From NCBI RefSeq assembly GCF_009914755.1, contig NC_060938.1: a stretch of DNA of 64,000 nucleotides. One strand, given 5' to 3'. This document shows, in pieces, positions 54,721 to 64,000 of this stretch (position 1 is its first letter; every line of letters begins with the position of its first letter). Source of the DNA: the human T2T-CHM13v2.0 reference genome, Homo sapiens. The position numbers were made by a program, and so were the translations under genes. A model generated the notes under the pieces. It was not told the origin of the DNA. It ran no database searches and saw nothing but the letters and a program-made list of their open reading frames with translations.

Positions 54721-57413
54721 GTCTCTACTAAAGAAAATGTAGCGTTTACTATTTTCGAATGCTTATTACATTTAGGCATGGAACTTTCAGTTCATCAGAT
54801 TACAGTTTCTTATTAAAATACTCCGCTTTTCTTCAGTTTCAACATGTCTTTTCCAGGAAATGATTTAACCAAGTCTTATTTACTATCAATCTAAACACAT
54901 ATATGTTTAGATTATATATATTATATATATTTTAGAATATATATGTTTATATATTATTATACATATATTTACATTACTTCTCTAGTTTCCTAAATCTCTT
55001 ATTTTCTTTTATGGCTTTAGTACTCAGCAATGTAGAGAATGGTGTTATTAACATTTTGGGTAACTGGGTTCTTTCCCCAGAAAAACGTATATGCACATGA
55101 AAATTTGCAGACGATTTTGGAGGATTCACAGACTGCCTCAATTACATTGATGAAAGCCCCCAAATAAGAAACCTTGCTATAAATATCTCTCATAATCTTT
55201 TCTTAGATGTAGCTGTCTTCCATTAAAAACAATTAAGAAATTATTTAATGAGAAGATGATAGATATAAGAAGTAATAAATGCCTCAAAAATTAGCCTGAT
55301 ATAAAATCCAATGGCACAAATAAAATGGTACAATTGCAAAGAACAATGGTCATAACCTGGAATCTGTAGTTCTAATGTTGATTATCATTGAATCATATAG
55401 GCATCTTTACATCAAAATATTTTAAGATAAAAATCAAATTGGATTAACATAAAGAATGAGTTTCAACTGTGCAAATAATATAAAAATTAAATTATCCTCT
55501 GATACTGAAGTAATGTTAAATCAGACGCTGTGATTTACTGGTAGCTGTATTTTTCTGAAGTGATTTTAAAAGGTAGAAAATGAGCAAATACGCTCACACT
55601 TTCTAATTTTGATCTTAAAAGTAAAACACAGGTACTAATGAGAAACTCTGGTTATGGGATCATTAGCATGCAGCCCAGATACTAGTGTTTTCTCCAGTTT
55701 TAATAAATAATTGTGTAACCATATTCTCTAGCTTGTGGTAAACAAATCATAAAGTTGAATTGCCTTAAAAGGCAAACCAGAAAATCAACACTTAGAAGAA
55801 AAAGCAAGCCTTTATTTTTCTTATAAATGTGACTTATAAAGGATCCTTATTTTAAATGTTCAAATAGATCTCTCAGCATATACACTTACGTTTAATAATC
55901 ACCTAACCAAGAGCCATCTTTTAAAAACAAAAATTAGACATACTTGATAGCAAACAGAGAAAAGATTCAATTCAATATACACCATTGAGCAAACCTCAAT
56001 TTCTCAGCAAAAATTGAAAATTGAAAGTGCATGAACCATAGCTATTAGGCTTTCATGAACCCAGTAAGTATCATTATTGGGCTATTTAGGTGCTTTTTGT
56101 AATATATCAAATATTGTAATTGAAAGAGTGAAAGACAGATAGTCCTATTCATTCCCCTCAATATTAGATAAAATAATAATCTGAGGCTTTTCTGTGTCAT
56201 AGGCAATCCATTAAAGGTTATGGAGAAACTGAAGGTCAATGAATAATGAAAAATATATTCATATAAGCAGGTGGAAAAACCCGGTAAAAATAAAATAGTA
56301 ACAAATAACACTAAAATATTTAGTGCTTGCTTTGTGCATGAAATGTAAATTTAGAAAAATTATATAAATTGGATTTTTAAAATCAAGCACATAATTTTAA
56401 ATGCATTAGGGGAGATAGCTTTGGAAAATAATACCACTCTGAAAGCTTGTAGAAAATGGGCACTTTTTCATAAAAAAATGCTCTGAACCTTCCTACTCCC
56501 ATCTGTAGTTCATGAGCATTTTAAGAATAGGATAATTTTAACAAAGACACTAAGAGGAATAATAGTAGTATTTGCAAAACAAAAATCATTCATATTCAGT
56601 CTTATAAATGGGTTCCATAGAATTCCTTAAACCAAGAAGGGTTACACTCATTTGACTTACAAACTGTTTCGTTTTTGTGGTTTTTTTTTTTTTTTTTGAG
56701 TACATATTTTATGACAAACAAAGCATTTTTGTATATAGTTTTCTGGAAGTAAAACTCTTCATTTCACAAAATTTAGGAAGTGTCTTCTATGTGTAACGAA
56801 TTAATTTTGTGTGCTATATATGAATGAGATGGAAAATTTCATTAACATAAAGTACTATCACTAAATTATTATTTAAAAATACACAATGTATTGAAGTTGT
56901 TCTGTAACTGTTTTTTAATGTTTCTACCAAGTCAACATTCAATGATGATATCTTAGGTCCCTTTATCTCTTCATGAAAGTGTTTGTTGATTCTATCTACT
57001 CAACCATCTCCTATCAGAAAATAAATGTAATTTGAGTTTGTCATTGGAAAGGTTTTTAGACTTCCTCATTTTTCCGGGGCAAATATCTCCAAGATAAGAC
57101 AACCTTTAGCTTGTTTATATGGACCACATCTGAAGTTGATGCATTGTTTAACAGAGTATATGACTCTTTCTTCTGCATGGTGGAGACAGTCTTTTGAGAA
57201 CGGGAGAGAAAAACAGGACATAGATAAGAATTGGAATAATTGGTTTTGTCACTTAATTGAAGTCATTGTGTACATAAAAGTGACTTGGAAGTGGGGACAG
57301 GGATATTCAAGTTGGTTCCAACAAGACCAGAGATAGATATCTAACTAAATAATTAAAATTCAATTTGACCAGTAGTTCTATGAGAATAGTAAATACAATT
57401 TATGGAAGGTCAT

Positions 57414-57842
57414 TGTCAATTTAGACTGAGCATCTGCATTAGACTCCAAAAGACCAAACCAAAATTAGTCACTCATGCTAAAAGTTCCATGTCATCAAAC
57501 TGAAATTAAGTTGTTTATCTGACCTTCTGAGAAATCAGGAGAGAGATGATAGCCAAATCCCCAAACAGACCAGTTTTAGCCAGCATGATAAAGAAATCGC
57601 CTCTGCTTTAACACTTACAAGGCAAGTAACCTAAGGCACCCTGATGTTAACCAGTCATCTTTTTTTTATATTACATTGTTTCCTTGTTCCTGCTCAAGTT
57701 ATCTTATAAAAACTGACTGTTCTACTATTCCTAATGGTGCACCTTTCAATATTTTATAGATAGAGTGTTCCTCGATTTATGAGTCACTAATAAAAGACAA
57801 TTATATTCTTAAACTCAATTTGTTGAAATTTTGTTTTTTGCA
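57414..57842 (+). mobile_element. ERV1 solo LTR (LTR54/LTR56-like; subfamily uncertain)
   Basis: GACCAAACCAAAAT..GTCACTCATGCTAA...GTTTATCTGACCTTCTGAGAAATCAGGAGAGAG; AATAAA; TG..CA ends. Confidence 0.65.
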
Positions 57843-58321
57843 AAGAGGCAGGACTGTGCAGGATCATCCCTACTATGAAGGACTAATGAAAACTTTAGAG
57901 AAAATAACAGATCTGAACCTTTAAGGGTCCCTGACCAACCCTGAAGTACCCATGGTCTGAGATAGTGAAGAGCAAAGTCACAGCAACGCTTCTAAATACA
58001 GAATATAAATAAGATTACTAGGGAAATTGTAATACTTGATGAACATATTGACCACTGAAATTGCATCCAAAAGACAATAAATATGGAAGAAAAATCCATT
58101 AATCCTACACGTATTTTCCAGAAAAGCATGTGTCCTTAACCAAACAGCATCTACACAGCCAGCTCCACAGTATGAGAATTGCTCCCTATGGTGAGCACTT
58201 CTGCTGTCTCCAATCTTCATCATTATCTCCTATTGTAAGTCCATTTAAAACAGAAGCTTCATGTAATCAAAGCCAGGAGTGAATAGATGTGATCATTAGG
58301 GTATTATAGAGATAGTTTACA

Positions 58322-58570
58322 AAGTAGAAGGTTAAACACTCAGGTTCAAGGACTACCTGGATTTTGATCCTGGCTCTGGTACTTGGTAGCCAAGTAACTT
58401 GGCAACTTATTTAAACAGACTGTGCCACATTCCCTTCACTACCTAAATCCTAGAATTGCTATTCCTAGAAAAATCAAAAGACTATCTGTACCATTGTACA
58501 CATGATACAATTTAGATTAGACCACTGTACTAAACCTTTGAGGGTTTTAGTACAATGTATGATTCAGAGC
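58322..58570 (+). mobile_element. MIR SINE
   Basis: CCTGGATTTTGATCCTGGCTCTG..ACTT...GGCAACTTATTTAA. Confidence 0.6.
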
Positions 58571-59110
58571 TTTTATTATTTTAGAGCATTTGGTGCAATA
58601 ATTAGAAAATATGACCAATTTTCCAAATAAGAATCTGCCTACTTTATGGTACTTAAACCACCTTTGTAGAAAATTACTATTTCTATTCTCAATGGCAAGG
58701 GGAAAAACATTTAGTTCAGTTAATTGAAAAATGACTATAAATTATTAAGATAAAAATCTGACAGAAAAATATTCAAAAATTCCCCCCAATGTGACACTCT
58801 TCACTGTGTTATCTGATCTGTCAGGACACTGTCACTATACTGTACTGGCTTTAATGAAGTTTCTGGAAAATTCTAGAGATAACAGGAGTTCCTTGATGAG
58901 CTCAGTCATTGTAGCTCATTTTTAGTTCATGTCCACAGATTCAAAATCAATACAAACTACGAAGTATCTTATGCACATTTTTATACAAGACGGAGATTAC
59001 AAAAACTGGCTGAGTATTAATCAAAGCTAAAGATGCCTGCCAACTGCTGTATTTTTAGGGTGAGAAATTAATGATTATGATTTGACAAGGAGAAAACTGG
59101 CAAAGACTTC

Positions 59111-59510
59111 CGATATCATTTGGATCTCTGTCCCTGCTGAAATCTTATGTTGAATTGTAATCCGCGATGCTGGAGGTAGGGCCTGGTGGGAGGTGTTTGA
59201 GTCATGGGGTCATATCCCTCAATGCTTGATGCTGTCTTTGTAAGTTCTCCCAAGATCTGGTCATATAACAGTGTGTCTCCCCCGCACCCAATGCCACTTG
59301 CTTCTGCTTTTGCCATGTAACATGCCTGCTCCCCTTTCACCTTCCACCATGATTGAAAGCTTCTTGAGTTCTCCCTGGAAGGCAAGCTTGATGCCAGCAC
59401 TATACTTCCTGTAAAGCCTGCAGAACCAGAAGCCAATTTAACCTCTTTTCTTTATACATTACCTAGTCTCAGTTACTTTTTTTATTGCAATTCGAGAACA
59501 GCCTAATACA
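59111..59510 (+). mobile_element. MSTA MaLR solo LTR
   Basis: TTTGGATCTCTGTCCC..AAATCTTATGTTGAATTGTAATCC...AGCCTGCAGAACC...CCTAATACA. Confidence 0.88.
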
Positions 59511-60039
59511 AGTTTAACAGTAATGCCTAATGAACTAATAGAAAGATACTTTGGTGGAAATGTGAAGCTTGTTCTTTAAAAGAATGGCATATATTAAAAT
59601 CTAGATTAATTTTTAAGACCACCTATGTAGTTACTCAAACTAAACAAGGCTACAAAGTTTGAGAGCTCCGTTCAAAGGGAATGTATTAAATATATTAGGC
59701 AAATAGCATAGCCAATGGTGAGTTGCAAGATTTTTAAAAATGCAATCTCACATCTAATAAATACATCTACTCTTTCTTTAAGTATTAAAATACAAGATTT
59801 AGGTAAAGCAAAGATTTATTAATGGTCAAAAAATATGTGACTCAGGAATAACCAACAGAAATCTTTGTTTAGTAGAAAAAAAACTTACAAGTCTGGTTAT
59901 AAACTGAAGGTAGTGGGGGGAAAGAGAACATTTCTGATAGATGTAAATGGTTGTACATAACTTCTATATCTGTCTCTAAAGAAACAACCATTGCTTCAAA
60001 TGCACATGGAGCCTCCAAATACATGGATGTTCAATAGGT

Positions 60040-61100
60040 TGATACTGTTCAACACATCACTAGTTTTAGTTAAACCATTGTGCTGTAGGCTCCAGTCTGC
60101 TGTTTAACTCAAAAAGTAAATTTTTCATTTCAGATATTGCATTATTTAGCATTATTTAGTTCTAAAATTGGTACGTAGTTCTTTTTTATGTTCTAATTGT
60201 CTGCTAAGATTATTATCCATTCCCTCATTCTGATAACTTTACTTGTAAGTCCTTGAAAATACATATAACAACTATTTTCTGGAGATCTTATCTGCTAATT
60301 CCAACATCTGAGTCATCTTGTGTTTGTTTCTTCTGACCTATTTTACTATTGTTGGTTATGGCTTATATTTTCCTTCTTTTTGTGAGTGCTAATTTTTTAT
60401 TGTATGCTTTATATTGTAACTAATGTACTTTAGAGAGCCCAGTTTATTGTCTTCCTTTGAAGGATATTAAATTGTATTTTAGAAGGCAGGCAGTTAAAAT
60501 ACTTGTAAATCATGTGATCTTTTTGGGCTTTTTTTTTTTCTATAGGGCCTATTTCAGTTTTTCCCTTAAATCATAGAGTTAACACTAAGACATGGCACAT
60601 TTCTGGACTTTCAGCTGAATTGCCAAGATGCTCTCTACATTCTGACTGGGTCACAATTTCAATGTATTTTAGCACCATGTGACTTCTTACATGTCCATTT
60701 GAGTCTTAGTCATGCAGCAGAGTCACTCTCTGCTAGGCTTTCTGTAGTACCAACTTGTGATATAATAAACTAGTCCTAAGACAAGTGTCCCTAGGAAATC
60801 ATCATGAAACTTCAGTCATGCCCCAGAAAGACATCACTCTCCTTTCTGATACTTAAATTATCAAAGTTTTGAAGTCTGAAATTCTCTTCTTCAGGTTATA
60901 TTGACCATGTTCTGCAAGGGCTTCACTTACCCTGGTTATTATCTGGAAAATGATTCCAGTGAAGAGCATGAGGGAGTGTGGGGCTCACTTAATTTGCTTC
61001 TCTTCTCTCAAACATCAGAGTTTTGCATTGTCTGTAATAAAATGCTTACAAATATGTATTTCAGATATTTTGTCAGTTCTATAGTTGTTAACCATGGAAG
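60040..61100 (-). mobile_element. Ancient L1/HAL1-like fragment
   Basis: TCTGCTAATTCCAACATCTGAGTCATCT; TTTTTCATTTCAGATATTG. Confidence 0.5.
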
Positions 61101-61779
61101 CAAAATTTTAATATGCTTATTACATATATGTAATATGATATGCCTAATATTCATATTACAATTATGCTTCTATGGTTAACAACAACAAATGGCACTTACT
61201 GCACCATAGCCAGAACTTTTTAAAAATGTATTTATTTAGTAATCATTGAATTAACCTTATTAAATAAGTAGGCCTTTACATTATAATATTCAAAAATTTA
61301 AAAATCTAAAACTATATGAAAAATTTATTATATAAAACTTCTAATAAAAATACCACATTAAAAATAAAAGTCCAGGAAAATGTTAAACCAATGGAATGTC
61401 AGGATGATAGTCTTAAGTAAAGACTATATGAGTATATAAGGATATATTCCAAGCTAAAGAGAGGGAAATTTCAAAGATATTTCCAAGGTTTCTAGCTTGT
61501 GCAACTAGAGTTTTCATAGTGAGATTTCTTCAGTGAGCAATTTTAAAAGAGAAATACATGTTTGTTATTGTTTCTTGACATTGTCATGTGTGGATATAAT
61601 TATTTAAATTCCCAGAATTACTGCAGCCTTTTTGCTACAAAACTCAGTGAGGGTCAAAGTCAAGAAAATCTGAAGAACACCCAAAGTCCTAATATACAAT
61701 GTATCCAACTTTTTATTTTGATTTTTGGTTTTTTAACATCATAAGGTTTATTGCTTGCAGCTGAAAACATTTTTGCCTG

Positions 61780-62320
61780 ATAAGAATTCTCTAGTCATTG
61801 ACTCCATTGTGCCCACCAGACCGGGAACTATAGGTCTGCCCCAATACCCAGTTCTGTCTGGATTAACTCATGTTTGATAAGTATTCTCTCCAGAAGATAA
61901 TTACATACATAATCAAGGCTGCAAACTAATAAGTAACTTTAATGATATAATAATTTGTAATGAGTTCTTGCAAACAAATTCACCCAAGCAAAGACTGCTT
62001 ATCTGTGAAAAACTGCTAATCTATGAAGACATTTTTTATCAAGATTTATCTCAAGGCCCCCATCTCACTTTTTCCAACAATCCTCCTCTCTAATGTCACA
62101 AACGTTGTGCAGTCCCTATGAGTTTCCCACATTGAATGAGCCAGCTTAAACAATATAAGCCTAAACTTCAAAGCTTGATAAATACCCTTCGGTCCATTTA
62201 GTCCTTTTGAGATATTACCAATAATTAATCAAAGTGATGTTTTCCCTTGTTTCAGTAAATTAAATACACTCAAGTTTAATTAATCAGTAGGTTTCTCTGG
62301 TGGTATTTCAGGGGGCAAAT
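61780..62320 (+). mobile_element. Old ERV1 LTR (MER110-like)
   Basis: TTTGAGATATTAC...TGTTTTCCCTTG..CAGTAA...GTTTCTCTGGTGGT resembles the recalled MER110 3' end. Confidence 0.5.
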
Positions 62321-63250
62321 AGTCTTAGAGGACCCACTGAGATAAAGCCAAGGATCCTCAGTACTGCAGCAAAATCTCTCACCATGTAAATAGTATACTG
62401 ATCAGGATACCATTGAATTTACAAATTTAGGGTCTCTCAAACTGCAAAGTTGAGTTTCCACATTAAGTCTGAGCTCTGATTACTTTTTTTAGCCTCCATT
62501 TTAAGGGATTCTTAGATTATTTTATCAGACTTGAAAATAATTTTTCTTGGTATTAATTTTTCTTGTAACTATGGAAGTTAGTACCTTTTCTGTTTGCCCC
62601 TCTGTCTTTGTATCTGTTGTGAGTCTATAAGAGTAAATCCCAGAGTGGAAGAGATACGTAGTTCTGATAAATGCATCTCTGGAACTAATCTCAGAGACTA
62701 ACTGGTAATAGTCTCTTCTAGACCTTTCATTATTGTATAGGGACATCTACCAAAATTTATGACAACTTTCCTCAGTCTTATCTTGTTTTGTGAAAGTCTA
62801 GTTAAAGGAAATATCTCATCTGAAAATTTCTTGTCTATCAGGAGTTGCAGATTGATTGGGTCTGCAACACAAAATGGCCAGTCCTCAGGTGGCAACCCCA
62901 CATATAAAATGAATAAAAAATTTGACTGAATGTTTCCAGATTCTCATGGGTTTATCTCAGCCTAAGGACACACTTTGTTCAGCACAAACTCCTGCTTTTT
63001 TGTGCTATAAACATCACTTTTGTGCTTATGTTTATAAATGGTATAATTTCACCAAGAATAATTTACAATTATAGTTGTCACTTTAGATAACTTTAATAGA
63101 AAGGAAATTGAAGCAAAAGGTGAGCAAACTTCCAAACATTCAATAGTCTGAAATTTTTGTATGAAAAAACTTCCAAAAGAAATCAAGATTCCATAATTTT
63201 ATCCTGAAGTGATTCATTGGCCAAGGCAAATTTAAAAAATACAAAACTTA
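62321..63250 (+). mobile_element. Probable ERV internal 5' leader following the LTR
   Basis: Starts GAGGACCCACTGAGAT directly after the LTR; pyrimidine-rich leader-like sequence. Confidence 0.35.
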
Positions 63251-63253
63251 AAT

Positions 63254-63461
63254 CTCTTTCTCTGTGTATGCATTAAGGAAAGGCCACATGAGCACACGGT
63301 GAGAAGCTGAAAATCTGCGAGCCACAAGGAGTGCCTTTACCAGGAACTGAATTGGTGACACTTTGATTGAGGTTTCTCAAACTCCAGGACTGTGAGAATA
63401 CATTTCTGTTTAAGCTCTCTAGTCTAGTGTTTTGCTACGGCAGCCCAAGATGATTATTAAT
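63254..63461 (+). mobile_element. MLT1A-like MaLR LTR, 3' part
   Basis: GGAAAGGCCACATGAGCACACGGTGAGAAG...CTCCAGGACTGTGAGAATACATTTCTGTTTAAG...GGCAGCCCAA. Confidence 0.75.
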
Positions 63462-63887
63462 GTGCTTTGCTACTCTCCTTTTATTACCATAAGGGGAAAG
63501 TTAATATTAGCTTTTGTTTGTAAACTATGTTCTAAAGAAACTTATTAGAAACTTTTCTAGAAAACACAAGTCTAATCTCTTTTGCTCTTAGGTCATACCT
63601 TAAGACTGAAATAGAAAAATTTCAAATTCTACCACCAAACTAGAAGTCCATTCAACCATAGATAATTATTGCTTTTCAGAAGCACACGTCAGCAGGAATG
63701 GTAACTTCATTGCATCCATCAGAGCTTGCCAGTTGGCTAGTGATAGAAGAATCAATACATAAATTGGTAGCAACATGCTATTGTGGCAGTACCTAATTTT
63801 GGAATGCTTTGGAAACAATGAGGGTTCTTGACATTACCTAGGAAACCCAATTTAAATCGTTAACAATTAAATAGTTTTTTTCTTAGA

Positions 63888-63945
63888 ATCTTCTTAGGAA
63901 GCTATAGAGCACTTTGCAAAGTGCTCTATAGCTTCCTAAGAAGAT
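63888..63945. repeat. Perfect 58-bp palindrome with no spacer
   Basis: ATCTTCTTAGGAAGCTATAGAGCACTTTG|CAAAGTGCTCTATAGCTTCCTAAGAAGAT; the two 29-bp halves are exact reverse complements. Confidence 0.99.
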
Positions 63946-64000
63946 AGCTAGTATAAAAGTAGGAACACATGTATAAAAGGAAAATAGAAGGCTAAAGGAA

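Noticed and set aside
54888-54913. Short hairpin AATCTAAACA-CATATA-TGTTTAGATT
   Set aside because: 10-bp arms beside an AT-rich low-complexity tract; too short to distinguish from chance.
62876-62897. CTCF-like motif CCTCAGGTGGCA
   Set aside because: Several mismatches at core positions and it lies in probable ERV sequence.

Overview
This is AT-rich, non-coding human genomic DNA. The species call rests on a near-consensus AluYa5 and primate-specific L1P, THE1, MER4 and LTR8 elements. I find no protein-coding exon, RNA gene, CpG island or CRISPR array that I can support. The ORF track consists of Alu, L1 or LTR read-through and chance ORFs. The window is mostly layered transposon fossils: 10 Alus, about 21 solo LTRs, an ERVL/MaLR internal region, several L1s, L2/MIR fragments and hAT/Tigger DNA transposons. 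Several insertions are nested and have readable target-site duplications (TSDs). Repeat subfamily names come from my recall of consensus sequences, not a RepeatMasker run, and the ends of old elements are approximate. The most unusual items are: (1) a perfect, spacer-less 58-bp palindrome at 63888-63945; (2) a 203-bp inverted repeat with 74/75-bp arms at 34409-34611; (3) a young AluYa5 whose 3' TSD carries (TA)24 where the 5' TSD has (TA)5; (4) a plus-strand bias of LTRs and younger L1s, which hints at a minus-strand transcript across the window; (5) readable fossil Tigger transposase and ERVL integrase/gag peptides. I do not see evidence for a new multi-gene biological system.
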